A DNA stretch of 63,161 nucleotides, filler included, from Diploschistes diacapsis (lineage: Eukaryota): assembly GCA_023645945.1 (NCBI GenBank). It is 20 parts of 20 records of this genome, joined end to end, with 100 filler letters (N's around TTAATTAATTAA, not from the genome) between each part and the next. Parts side by side here need not be neighbours in the genome. Positions count along the whole stretch, not along the records: positions 36,880 to 38,085 come from JALAIB010003619.1; positions 38,186 to 57,941 come from JALAIB010000362.1; 18 more parts are not named here. The stretch is one strand, 5' to 3'. Made by a program: the position numbers and the translations under genes. The notes under the pieces are model-generated. The model was not told where the DNA came from and made no database searches. It saw only the letters and a list, made by a program, of their open reading frames with translations. Numbering within the stretch: position 1 is the stretch's first letter; every line of letters begins with the position of its first letter. Positions 37,043 to 49,560 of the stretch are shown here, in pieces.

Positions 37043-37216
37043 TATATCTTTTTTTTCTAACGTTTTTATTATATGAAAGTCGTTGTTCTTTGATTGTTTT
37101 TTTCTTTAGTACCCGGCGACGTTTGTTAAATTTAAGATTTATAAGATTCTCTCTGTTAAATATTTCTTTCTGTTATTTAGAAGGGCGATCGCTAATTACC
37201 GTATTCGTCTTATAGG

Positions 37217-37809
37217 TGTAACGCCCGCAGTGTGCGCACCGGGGTTCAGGTCCCCCTGCTGCCACAGCCACGCACCTACATATAGTGTAATTGGGACACA
37301 GTGCTTTCGGGGTTACTAAAAGTATTATAGTTAGTTTTTTAGCTCAATAGGATAACGCTACTTATTAAGTATTACTTCTACTGTTATAGTTATACTTTCA
37401 TTCCTTAAATCGTTGAATCGAGCACGAGCGTAAATAATACGTCGAATTTATTATATTACGGCTAAATCCTGCGGGGTTATACAAGAATATGCAGTTAACT
37501 TTAAGTACGGCTAGGTAACCCCGTTTTTAAGTTTATAACGTAGGTGTTAGAAACGGTTTAGAATATTTAATATATCCGAGACGTTATATAAGACGTGACA
37601 GGTGCTAAAGGCCAGTATTGTAGGAAAGGAAGGTAACTATAACGCCCGTAATGTGCGTATCGGGGTTCAGGTCTTTTTGTTATTACAGCCACGCACTTAT
37701 ATATAGTGTAATAGGGAAACAGTGCTTTCGGGGTTATTGAAAGCATTATGGTTAGCCTTTTGGCTCAGTGGGATAGCGTTACCTATTAGGCACTACTCCC
37801 GCTGTTACA
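37217..37809 (+). mobile_element. Complete non-autonomous mini LTR retrotransposon (TRIM-like), LTR family C
   Basis: 172-bp LTRs at 37217-37388 and 37638-37809, 249-bp non-coding interior, PPT AGGAAAGGAAGG at 37622-37633, TSD ATAGG at 37212-16 and 37810-14. Confidence 0.9.
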
Positions 37810-37925
37810 ATAGGTATCTTAATAGTTAATTCTATATATCTAAATTAAAAAGCGCGCTATTATTTTTTCGTTATTTTCTTCTTTCTCGAAATCTTTAGGC
37901 CTAAATCTAGCATTAATCACGTTAT

Positions 37926-38085
37926 TGTAAGGCCTGCGGGATTACACATCTGCCACCTGCTGCCACAGCCACGCACCTACATATAGTGTAATAGGGAAAC
38001 AGTGCTTCGGGGTTCCTGAAAGCATTGTGGTTAGTCTTTTGGCTCAGTGGGATAGCGCTACCTATTAGGCACTTCCCCCCGCTGT
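37926..38085 (+). mobile_element. LTR family C variant with a different 5' end
   Basis: From CTGCTGCCACAGCC onward it matches LTR C; TGTAAGG start. Confidence 0.8.
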
Positions 38086-38185
38086 NNNNNNNNNNNNNNN
38101 NNNNNNNNNNNNNNNNNNNNNNNNNNNNNTTAATTAATTAANNNNNNNNNNNNNNNNNNNNNNNNNNNNNNNNNNNNNNNNNNNN

Positions 38186-40056
38186 CCTGCGGCTCCATGA
38201 AATCCACCAACTTCTCGTGCACCGTGTACCGCATCTTCCGGCCCTTGCTCGCCTTGACGTCCACATTCTTCCTGCGCTGCCGCGAAGCGCGTAGAAGCGC
38301 GGTGGGGTTAGCCGAGGAAGACGCGGCGGCGAGAGCGGGGTCGTGGGAGGCATTGAAAGTTGTGAGCGTGGTGTTGTTGGTAGTGGCGTTGGGGGTGGAG
38401 GGGTAGGATTTCTTGTGCTCGATTAGTTCGCGGAGGAGGAGGGCGTAGAAGTCTGCGTCGTCGAAGAGGGTGGGGTTGGTGGGCTGGTCGTTTGTTGCGG
38501 TGGTGGTAGTTGTTGTGGTGGAGGATGCGGCTTGGTGGAGTGGAGCGCATGAGCGGGGTGTTTGGGTGCGCTGGATGAGGCGGTCTAGGGAGTGGCCTTG
38601 GAGATAGGTGTCGAGGACTGAGGTGAGGGGCTGTTGGGTGGGGGCTTGGGTGAGTTTGTTGTGCGAGGGCAGGGTGGAAATAGATTGGGTTCTTTGGGAC
38701 CATTTTGTTAGGGTCGAGCAGTGGCGTAGGTAGGAGGTAGAGGAGAGGGAGTCGAGGGCTTCGTGGACGGATAAGGTGGGTGTGGAGTGGGTGGCGGAGA
38801 AGGGGCGCTTGCGGGATTGCGGTTCAGATTTGGGGGATTTAGATGCGTAGTGTTTTTGGAGGCCTTGTTGAAGGGCGGTAATGGAGTTGAACAGGCTCAG
38901 GGCAGCAGACTCGGCGGACTGGGCTGCTGAGGCGATGGCCTCTTTCTCCGTTGCTGGGCTTTCTGTGGCGCTAGGTGCTTCTGCAAGGGAGTTCATGGAA
39001 ACAAGGGCCTTTTGAAGCTGGATACGGGTACTAATGAGGGTGTCAAAGGTGGCGTATTGCTGCTTGACGGCCATTCCTTTAGCGGCATCAGCCTTGGTAG
39101 CTTCGGAGATGCTGGCCACGACGGACTTCTGCTCAGCAGCCATCATTTCCCGAAGTGCTGCTCGGTTAAATCCGCCAACTTCTTGTTCTTCTGGCGAAGT
39201 GCCCTCTGTGTTGGAACCTTCACTAGGCAAATCACTATCGGAGAACTCGTCGTTTGAATCGGCCTCTTCATCTTCCCCATCATCGTCTTCTTCATCAGAA
39301 ACAGCTTCTACCTTAGCTTGATCTTCCGTTAAGCACTGGCCTAGTCCTGCCATTGCAAGATCCTCATCATCATCGAAGCCTCCAAAATCGTCTCTAGACC
39401 CAGCCTCTGATGCTTCTGCACTTGATGTGCCGGTCACGAGCTTATTACTACCTCTGAATGTGAATCCCTTCTTCTTGAATTGCTCTTCATCTCCTACTCC
39501 AAAGGCTTCGTCACTATCAATTTCATCATCAAGGTCGAGCTCTTGAATACCGTTCACATAGTCAGGCTCATCGTAATCCTCCCCATCTTCCTGGCTATCG
39601 TTTTCTGACGCACTACCACGACTCCCTAAATCACTTTCTGCGTCTGGTCGCCTGGCAAATGGATCGTCCTCGTCGACGTCGGCATAGTCGTTGTCGAAGT
39701 CATTGTTCAATGCGCTTCGACTGACCGTAGATCCAGCATACTGAGAGCCTACCGTCGGCGCGGTGGGCTTGCGGAGGTTGCTCTCACTATAGAGTGTTAC
39801 CTTTAAACGATAGGAAAGCAGTCAAATGAACATACCCCACAGTCTCATAGTGTTCACGCCCCGCTTCTCCACCGCTGCTCCCTTCTTCATCAGAGGCACC
39901 TAGGCGATCAAATCCTCCCTCAAAGGCTTCTGGATCGACGTCTAAAAGATGTCAGAACCCGGACAGAATGTATAGAATTAGCAAACCTTTAGGAGCTGGG
40001 TCTTCGAGCTCAGCGATAATATCAGCTAACTTCTTATGGCCTGCCGCACTCGCCAT
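38186..40056 (-). CDS. BFR2: Bfr2/AATF ribosome biogenesis protein, 3'-truncated by contig end (introns 39986-39942, 39835-39787)
   Basis: REHYETVGESNLRK, acidic N-terminal region, KGMAVKQQYATFDTLISTRIQLQK (AATF), and FDDADFYALLLRELIE...VDVKASKGRKMRYTVHEKLVDFM (TRAUB). Confidence 0.95.
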
Positions 40057-40133
40057 ATTGCGCTCACCGATTTGCGGGATAGGAAAATTCTCGATGTACT
40101 TTGCTTCGACGGTTCTGCCAAGATTTTGGGCAA

Positions 40134-41298
40134 GTGCTATTCTGCCTACTGTACACATAAATTACAAGATGAGTACCATGGTTCTATAGATACTTTCTCA
40201 ATCACCTAAATTTGTCTGCAGCCACAAGTACCTGTGGAGTTATCCCCCTTCCCAGCCACATTTGTTTACTTTTTGCGCGATTTACATGCTTTTTTTGTTG
40301 TTTTTGATCTTATCTTTCTAATTATTTTTTAGATATAATGGATGCTTTCTTGTCTGCTCGCTCTGCGCTTTCTGCCGCCGATGCGGCCACGTTTGACGTG
40401 GTCGCCGATGTCGATAACGACGACGAGCTGGGTCTTGAAGACCGTATGCTTTACGACACTTTCGCCGCTGCCCTGGGCCGTGGAGATGTCGTTTCCTCCT
40501 CCGCTCCTCCCTCCGCTCTTCCCATCGCCCCTGCCTCGCCTGCCCTCGCCGCGCTCGCCGCGCCCGCCGCGCCCGCTCGCCTTCGCCTCCCTTTGCCGCC
40601 GCTGCCTGCTGCGGGGAGGCTTTACAGCTTCCCTGCGGATTTCCCGGCGTGGAGGGCGCGTTTCTTTGCCGTCGCGGACACCCTGCGGGTGACCGTGGCG
40701 GATTTTGACGCGCTTTGGCTATACGTGGATAACTTCTGGACGTCCAACAGGACGTCTGGAAGTATTACGTGGTATCGCTGCCGTTATTGGCGCAGCGGCG
40801 ATGCCGAATCGAGATCTGCTGCGCGTAGTGTCGATATAAAGAGGAGGAAGATGACGCGGGATCGCGTGGTTTGTGGTATGGCCATCGCGATCCGTAGGGA
40901 CGTAGGCGGCGTGATGGTGGAGCGGAGGGGGGCATAATGGGCGGAGGAGGAGGAGCACGGCATGAGGGAGGTTATGAAGGGCCCAAAAGTACGCTTTTAA
41001 GTTGTTTTTAAAGTATTTTAAGCATCTTTTGGTGCTTTAGTATTTATTTCTTTTTGTTATATAGTCTTTATGGCTATATAGCTTATTTTATAAGTCATTA
41101 TAGGCACGATAATGATGAAATTGTATTTTTTTTATATTTAATTTTATATAGTTCTACGTATTTCTATAAGTGATATGCATTTGTATGTAAATTACATAGA
41201 GATCTAGGTACCTGGCAGAGCCACAGCGAGCTAGGCAGAATGCATCACTAGGGCGCCACCAAATATGTTACACAATTTTACAGTAGGCAGAATAGCAC
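40134..41298 (+). mobile_element. Putative non-autonomous Mutator(MULE)-like element with 20-bp TIRs
   Basis: GTGCTATTCTGCCTACTGTA (40134-53) is the perfect inverse of 41279-98. AT-rich arms surround a GC-rich ORF. No TSD seen. Confidence 0.6.
40338..40937 (+). CDS. 199-aa ORF resembling a truncated WRKY-GCM1/FAR1-type domain of a fungal MULE transposase
   Basis: LWLYVDNFW...WYRCRYW...KRRK..R..CGMAIAI...V. A His residue (EEHG) lies just past the stop. Family assignment is from motif recall only. Confidence 0.45.
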   Translation: MDAFLSARSALSAADAATFDVVADVDNDDELGLEDRMLYDTFAAALGRGDVVSSSAPPSALPIAPASPALAALAAPAAPARLRLPLPPLPAAGRLYSFPADFPAWRARFFAVADTLRVTVADFDALWLYVDNFWTSNRTSGSITWYRCRYWRSGDAESRSAARSVDIKRRKMTRDRVVCGMAIAIRRDVGGVMVERRGA

Positions 41299-41706
41299 AT
41301 ACCTTTTTTTGCAGCGGTTTAGCACTGACGGTTTTCGCAAACGCTGAGCGCACTTATCGTAGCTACGCTGGCAATATATTCGTCACTTCTAAGTTCTAAG
41401 AGCTCTAGAAATAACACAATGGCCTGTTATATAGCGGCACTACTAAAGTAGTAATGAATCTGAATACCTATCACCGTCAAAGTTAAACCCCTGTTGATGT
41501 AACTTAGTATATTACCCCGCTGCCCTATTATTCTTCTGTTCCAAATGCTTCCTCTTTAAATTACAATGTCCTTTTATTCAATTGCCTCAACTTGATCTTA
41601 TTGCGAGAGAAATTGCAACGCCATTCCTTTAGGAGCAGTCTCGCGCTTGCTGCTCCTTCATGGGTTGAGGACTTGTCGTCGCGGCCCCCCTGCCAAACTA
41701 CAGTCC

Positions 41707-42587
41707 ATGGCATCACCGACCTCTTTTCCTGTTACTCAGGCGACCACCGCCGACAACCCATCGCAACAGCAACAGTCCAGCGTAGCGACACCGTTCCCGA
41801 ATCCACCTACATTCTGGACCTCCTTCACAAGTAGCAACATCTCCGCTTATCAAGCGCTCGAAGCCAAAGCTAGTGGTTTTTTTGCTCCTCTGGACTTTCC
41901 GCCCGAGCTGCGGGATCTGCGCCCGCCCACACCACCTCCCAACGGTGAATTTCACAGCTTTGGTGAAGCGCGCTCTGTAAGCTACCCCCACTCGTTTCCT
42001 GTATCATTAATCTTGAAGCCACTCTCTTGCTGAATCATTCCTGCTTCTAGGTCTTCGCAACGCTTCCTCCTCTGCCTCCGCATGCCTCCTTAAACCCGGA
42101 CTCCCAGCCAAACCCCCAGCACCTTCTCAACGTCACCCGCTCGCTGTTGCTCTCATACCTCGAGCTCCTGCATGTACTGCACACAGACCCGAGTCCCAGT
42201 TTCTACGGCCCCAAATGGGATGATCTGCATCATCTGTTCCAAAATGCGTATCATACACTGAACGCGTATCGACCATGGCAGGCTAGGGAAGCTTTGATTA
42301 CGATACTGGAAGAGACTGGCGAGAAGGCGAGATTGGAGATCAAGGGGGTTGATGAGTTAGAGGTGAAGGTTAAGGGCGCTTTGGATGGATTGGTGGAGAC
42401 TTTGATGAAGGAGGCGGAGGACGGGGAAAAAATGGAGATTGATAACAAGGAGAAGGAGATTGTGGTCAATGGGACTGGCACGGGCGGCACTGATGGTGTC
42501 AATGGGGTTCATCCAGCTGGAGAAGAGGAGGAGTTGGAGAAGGAGAGGAGGATATGGCGGATTTTGGACGAAGAGCTTGGAAGCTGA
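41707..42587 (+). CDS. MED7: Mediator subunit 7 (intron 41977-42050)
   Basis: PFPNPPTFW, LRPPTPP...SFG, RSLLLSYLELL, NAYHTLNAYRPWQAREALI motifs. Confidence 0.93.
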
Positions 42588-43823
42588 AGGTACGCGGTTA
42601 TCTACCTTGATTGGAAAGGGTTCTTTGGGGCTTGTTGGCTTGATATTCTTACGATACCCAATATGCGTGTTGCAGCTTGCGAAATCTTCTGTTAGTGCAG
42701 TTATTTGGGATACATGTCTCTTCGTTTCACTGCGGGGGCAATGCCTTCTCACCATGGGTTACGGCTGGGGTGTGGCTAAAGGCGTTATAATGTTTCAATA
42801 ACTTCAATGGCGTGCAAGGAGGCGTCTTGGGTCGAATGACTTTGCAGCGCTTAAAAGAGAAGTCTTGGAGATGGTTAATCGTTCCAGTTATGCCGTCGAC
42901 ATGTGAATAGATTCTTGGGACGAGGTTGCGGCAATTGTCCCTTATTAGAATCTACCCTCTTAGGTGCAAAGACATTCCAGAACCCAACGACATCTTGGGC
43001 CTGTTCTTGATGCTCATACGTGTAACGCTCAGAGCTTGAGCCTCCAAGCTGCCTCACATGAGGATTTCCCTAGCCTGATTGCAATCCCACTTACTCACAG
43101 CCTGAAGATCTGATTTTTCAATGCGTTTCAACTCCATAGGGGAATCCAATCAACTAGAGAAAGCGTAATTCGAGCGAATCATATTTGCCTTAACGTCTCT
43201 TTGCCTATACATTCAGCTACTCACGCCGCCGAGAAGCGAATGAAAAGGACGTGAATACAGCAACATTGCCTTAGGGTAGAGAGCTTGAAGTACTCCCAAG
43301 GACCCTATAGATAGTGCTGCCAGCCAAACGTGGACTGTGGCTAGATAGATATAGTTGAACATACAGCGCTCCAGACCATGGGTTTCTAAGATCAATTGAT
43401 GAATCAAAGGAATTTCAAACAATATTTACCATTTCCTCCCCTATTCTCTCTTTAGGTATCAAAATGCTCTGTAATTGTGTGATTGAGGCCGTTGCTCCCC
43501 ACAAGTAGCCGAGTCACGCTAACTCGCCAAAACACAAACAACGCCCGAATTCTCGTGTGAGCGCCAGCATCCCAGTCCTGGTACATACTGGAGCTTGCAC
43601 TCACTCCCACTTCTACAAGTCTTATAGCCCCCATTTTATTGCCATACGCTCCTTCACCTAGCCTTGTGTCTCGCTCGGCTTTTCTTTACGAGGTAGATGC
43701 CCATTATGCTTTCAACATTATAATTTATCTCCCAGGGACGACGCGTCGTCACTCTCGTGTGTGTTGTGGATTAAAGCCCCCGCTTACACTGGAGCTCTAC
43801 CCCCATATACCGTCCCATTGCGT

Positions 43824-45978
43824 ATGGCAGCTGTCTCTATACCGCCTTCTCCGCACGCCATTGGAACCATGGCCAGCCGGAGAGTTCCTCTCGCGAATGT
43901 ACCCAGCAACATCGTGAACTCTCCGATTCGAACTACCGCGACAAAGCGAGGCCGGTCTCAAAGTACTGCTGGAGAAGATGCCTTAGGTGGCCAACCTCCT
44001 GCGGCAAAGAAGCAGATCCTCGGCCTTGATCAGCCTGTTCCAAGGACACCAATAGCCCGGAGGACGGCCCAAGCTGCAACACAGAAAGCCATTGAAAGAG
44101 ACGCCTTGGAGGCAAGGGCACAGGCACCGAGGGAAAGGCCGGCTCCTGGCAGGGCTGTCAGACAAGAGAGGGCAGAAGTCGATAGTCAGTCGCTGGAAAC
44201 AGTGCGTCAATGGCAGAAACACTACAGGAAGGTGTTCCCAACCTATGTCTTCTACTTCGAGAATGTGCCAGACAACTCAAGACGGCAGTGTTCGAAGGCA
44301 ATAGCAACCCTTGGTGCTGTAAGTATTAACTCTAAAGTGATATGAATGTGTTGCTGACTGTTCTAGCGCGAGGAAAAGTTCTTCTCTCGAGAGATTACCC
44401 ATGTCATCACAACACGCCCACTACCTAATGACCATGACCGATCCACTGATACAGGTCCATCATCGACAGCACCTTCGATCCAAGATGCGACGCAGCCACG
44501 TACAATCAATCCTTCTCTCCTGGACAGAACTGCAGGAAACCTTGCTGCAACATTAAAAAATCACTTCTCAAATGAAATACCGCACTCGAAGAAAGGTGCA
44601 ACCCCATTGCAAGATGCAGAAGTCTTCAAGCAACCCCAAGCTCGTGTCGACGTACTGCAGAAGGCTAAGGATCTAAATATTAAGATTTGGCATCTTGAAA
44701 AGCTGCAGCGGGTGTTGGCAACAATCCTTGATGATGGACAGCCATCGCACGGGCATAATACGCGCAGCCATGTTGCAAATGTCGCTGCTCAACCTCGACC
44801 AGCCAAACAGAATGACTTGTCTCAGATGATCAAGAATGAACGACTCCACCAACGAGGAGATCGAGAATGCAGTATGGGAAACGCAGATCTGATTCCCCTC
44901 AAAGGACCATATATCTATATTAGTGATATGAACGAAAAAAGCAAACCCATCATGATGCGAGAATATGCCAAAGTCCAACGGAAAGAAGACGGCGAATGGC
45001 CACAATTCCGATCCGCTAGTGTAGGCAAGTGTCCTTTTGTGGAGGAAGATCATCAAAGTAAGCAATATGCCGAGCACGAGAGACAGAAGGAAAGAGAACG
45101 TGTCACCCTCGCCCAAGCTAAAGCCCAAGAAAAAGCAGCTCGACGGCGCGCCCCTACGAAAGTGAACAGCAACGACATGCGGCCGCCAACCGCCATCACG
45201 TACAAGGAATCCCTGACCGAGTCCCAATCTGCCAGAAACTCAGGATGCCCCCAAATCTCTAACCAGCTCCCTCCCCCTTCGCCCACGGGTGACTTCAGCT
45301 TTACCAGAGCGCCTAGCTACAACGATCCCAAAAGCGCCTTTGCAAGCCTAAGACCGGGCTTCATCCGCGGCGAGCCAATGGCCTCCGGGATGCAGCAATC
45401 GAACATCACTTCCGCTATCCGCTCGCAGATGATCTCCTCCACTGCCCCCGCGCCCGGCGCAAAAGCAGGTACCAGTAAGGAAATCCATGGGCTGCAGCGA
45501 AAGGTCCTCGAGCGGAACAACGGCCCACTCGGCTTAGTGTCTTCGCGGAGGATGACGGACATAGCTGGCACGGCCGCCCGCATGATGGGGAACAATCCAC
45601 GGGCTGCGAAGCAGAAGGCGCAGGAGAAGCTGGGGTACAAGCCAGAGCCGATTGTACTAGATGAGGAAGACGAGGAAGAGGAAGTGGCGATGGACGAGAA
45701 GAAAAGTACGGTCTCAAGAACGGAAAAGAAGGAGCCTAAGCCGGGTTACTGCGAGAATTGCAGAGAGAAATTTAATGATTTCGATACAGTGCGTTTTCCT
45801 CCAACTTACGTTTATCGTACCTTCCCCTCATGAGACATGCTAAACAAATGAATAGCATACTCAAACCCGCAAACACCGCAAATTTGCCCTCGACAAGGAC
45901 AACTGGCGTGAGCTTGACGAGCTCCTCTCCGTGCTCGCCAGACCTCTACGCGTTGCCTCCAAACTAAGCAAAGGATAA
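43824..45978 (+). CDS. DBF4: Dbf4/NimO/Dfp1, Cdc7 kinase regulatory subunit (introns 44319-44366, 45789-45855)
   Basis: Motif N (WQKHYRKVFP.YVFYF...REEKFFS..ITHVIT), motif M (KGPYIYISD...PIMMREY...WPQFRS...CPF), zinc finger C (KPGYCENCREKF..HTQTRKHRKFA). Confidence 0.95.
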
Positions 45979-47001
45979 ACCAACACAGTACAATAATAAC
46001 GACTACCAATGCCACAGCAAAAGCTCTGCATGCTTGCATATCTCTTCGTTTCTTCAGCGGTCCCTTCAATTCAATTCTATTCGACTTGCGCGAGCATAGC
46101 AGCGGCGTTCTCCAGCAACTCGAGCATTTCTCCAGTCGGCTAGAGGAGTTGGCCCTGCTTTGCATTCACAGGAGTTTTGTCACGGAAACGTTCTCCAGAT
46201 TTCTTACCATTTTTTGGATGCTGTTTGGCGGTTACCACGGGAGACCAACAGCACCACCTATTCCCTTGTCGATGGAAGGGGGATGTCTGTTGCGTCCTCC
46301 CCGCTTTCTTGGCTGGTGATGGAACCGCGGTGCGGTTGGGAGGTGTTGGCTCTACTTTACTCTGTTTTGCTTTGCTTGGCACTTCGTTGGTTCGCTCTCG
46401 CGCTTCTTGTGCGTGCGAAGTGTGTGCACACCATGCCGTGTCGTCCTCCGTGACTGAACGTTGGTGTCAATGGATGATATGGGCAGAAGGAGGTTGGAGA
46501 CAAGCAACGGAGTACGTGGAGGATGGGATTGTGTATGTATGTACAGGCGGTAGAAAATGGCGGTGGCTGCCGGGAAAGGGGCGGGCTGCGTACATAGTTT
46601 TAGAACCCAATGAAAAGGGTAAATCAAAGTGCCTGCCCACGTAATTTGATGGGAGTTTGTGAGCTCGAGATGCAATTGAATGTGGATTATTTAAAGATAT
46701 GGAAGTAGAGACATGCTTTTTAGACAATGCAACAAGGCAAAGTCGCCCGGGTAACAAGCAAACGACGAACAGTTAACGGATGCCCTGCAATGGCAATAAC
46801 CTGGGAATAGCAATTAGCTAGTAACTTGTTCCGTCACCTTGCAAAGAAATGACATGTACTTCTTTTGTCCTCATAAAACCTTGGACTTGGCTCTCGCACG
46901 TCACCTCATCTCATATAAGCAGCTTGAATCTTAGTTTCAAGATCGGTAATCCGGTCTCCAAACACGTCCTTAAGAATACTTCCTCATCAATTGACGCCCG
47001 A

Positions 47002-49040
47002 TCAAACTCTCTTCACTGCCAAAATAGGATCCCTATTGAACTTGTTGACGTATCGTCTGCCTGTACCAAACTTCTTTACTGGCTGTACCCTGTTGCTCCG
47101 CCTCTGCGATGGCGTATCGCCCAAGGCAGCCACCATATTTGGCGACAAGGGACCCAGGACGGGCCTAGATCGAGGCGTTAGCTGAAGAGGAAGTGGCTTG
47201 TCGGTCTGCGTTGCGGCAGAGATGTGGAGGTTCTTCAAGCGCATGGTTGCCATCTGTGTCTGCGTCGCTTTGCTTGCATATGTCGAACAGTCGTACTCTT
47301 TGGTACTTTCTGTTTGGGTAGCCGTTGAGGCACAAGCGAAAATTCGTGCTCGAGGTGCTTGCTTGGTAGACGTTTTGTTCTGGGGTACAGTTCTTTTGTG
47401 CGGTCCTTTTTTCGATGCTTCCTTTTTCGAAGGTTCCCCTTTCGAACTCTTCTTAATTGGCAAGTCAGTCTTTAGCTTCGTTTGTGAAGGTTTTTTGGCG
47501 GGCTTCTTGGTTTGTGATCGAACCTTGCTGGAGCCTTCCTGTATGTCCTCAGATTTCTGTGTTGGAACTGTCGTTTTAGCTGCTGTCTTTGCTGGTTGAT
47601 TTGGAGAGGCTGCTAGGACCTTGCCAGGGTGCCTAGGAACGCTTGGCAATTGACCCGAGGACGCAACGGCACTGTTAAGACTCTTCTTCGGGTTCGATCC
47701 AATCGGAAGGCGCTCTGGTAGGTTCTCGCTTTCACGGACTCGAAGATCGTAAGTCTTTGGCTCATCCTGCTTTGGTATTTCCACAGCCTCCTTTTTGCTT
47801 GATGTAACATTGGACTTAGCAGTATTTTTTTTCTTCGAGACTGGTTTGTCGCTATTAGTCGTCACCTTTGCTTTCTTTTGCGCAGAATGCTCAGCAAACG
47901 GCAATTTTCGTTTAGGAGGTGGCATGTCGTTAAGTGGCTCCATGAAATAACCTGGATTGGAAGATCCAGGCCTTAGGTCGCTAAGGGGTTGTGATTGGCA
48001 TACATAATTTCGATCGCCGGGGTTGTGAGAGATTGGAGGATGCTGTGAAATTGGCGGATTATGCGTGCTGAACAGTTGCCTATCACCATATCTAGAATTG
48101 ACCGCGTCATTTTGAAAATCTGAGGTTACTGCATCTGGCCACAACCTAGCCCTCGTCACAATCGATTCAGGGATGCTTGGGCCAGGGACGATTGACATTG
48201 TTGAGGAAGCGCTTGGAAAGATCCTTCCATGACTCGGATACGGAAAGTTTGACGTGGGATCGCTGAACCGCTGTTGGTGGTGTAATGGGTCACTACGAGC
48301 TGAATTGTTTCCACTAGCTGCCGAATAGATCGTTCTGGCGGTGTCATATGTTCCCACCGTGCCATCAGTCCGGTACGTGGTACTCGTAGAGGCAGTTGGA
48401 GGCCTGAAACTGTGATGCTCTTCTTGCGATGAGACAGGCTTGTCCTTGACCGGTAGCCGAAAGCTCCGAAATATCTCAAGCGCCTTGTTATATCCATTTC
48501 CTTGCAAATAATTCATCTGTATTCTTCTGGTCTAAACGCGGAGGTTAGTCTATGTTTGGGATGCAATCATGAGCACAACCTGGCCGTTGCGGAGCTTGTA
48601 TCGGAGAGCAATAATGGGCTGCCTGGTGAGTATCATGATTTGACGCTCGGTATCATGGAGCACAATCTGAGTGGCTCTTCTTTCATCTTCTGTTGCCTGC
48701 ATTGCAAGCTCGTCAAGGCTGACTTGCTCCTGTAGAGGGAGAAAAACAGTTAATTCAAGAAAATGAAGAGTTTGCATTAAAATTTAAAGCAGGGATCTTT
48801 ACTGACAAGAGCATGATCCCCCACGGTCACCTTGAAAAGAACGCGTCTCTGTATGTTGCCATCATTAGTGGGCGATGTCACTGTTTCAAAAACTACGGAT
48901 AAATCGCTTCCCTGGGGCAGATGAGTCCATGGCAGTGGTCCATGAAGAGATGTGGTAGTGACATAGGAAAATTTGATAAGAGGGAGCTTTACAAGCTCAG
49001 GGCTGGCTTGCCTCTGCTGGATGGGAACAAACATGGCCAT
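47002..49040 (-). CDS. REC114: Rec114-like meiotic DSB protein (introns 48806-48730, 48579-48532; 3' end uncertain)
   Basis: Spliced N-terminus LPLIKFSY...WTH...IIALRY...GQTRRIQMNY...YNKALEIF..FRLP fits the Rec114 PH-domain signature. It is followed by a long disordered S/P/K-rich region. Confidence 0.62.
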
Positions 49041-49560
49041 GAAGACAACCGGAGTAATGAAAGCTATCCTAGCATCCACATTGCCTGAGGCTATTCAAGG
49101 GAAAATAGGAGATTAACTTGACCATCTGATAAATATACTCAAGTTTCCGTGTCCCGCTTGGTAAGGGAGTGATTTGATAATGGTCGAGGCTTCGGTATTT
49201 CATACTCAAAGAGAACTTTAAGCATTTTGATATGTGGTGTGCAGGACAAGGCTGAAGACTAGCGGTATCTAGTTCAAATCGAGTTAGGCTTGCTTTTGAA
49301 ACCTGGAGCTTGAAACTTTCCCTCACCAACAAATTCGCGTCGCGATCCTGGAATGTGAGCTTGAAGGACTTTGTTCTACCAGTAAATTGTTTGAAAGCTG
49401 GTGCAAAGCTCTCTTAGGCCTATTACATCTTGGTAATTGGAACAGTGGGCGCGCACGCGCATTGTCGCTCCCTACCATGAGCAACACAATTCTCCCTTGA
49501 AGAGGGCAAGATCCGCGCACCGTTGCGGAGAGCCGTTTCCGGGCGGAGGCTAGAACAATC

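Noticed and set aside
38130..38185. BFR2 ORF reading through X residues to 38130
   Set aside because: Runs into the linker; the gene is simply truncated.
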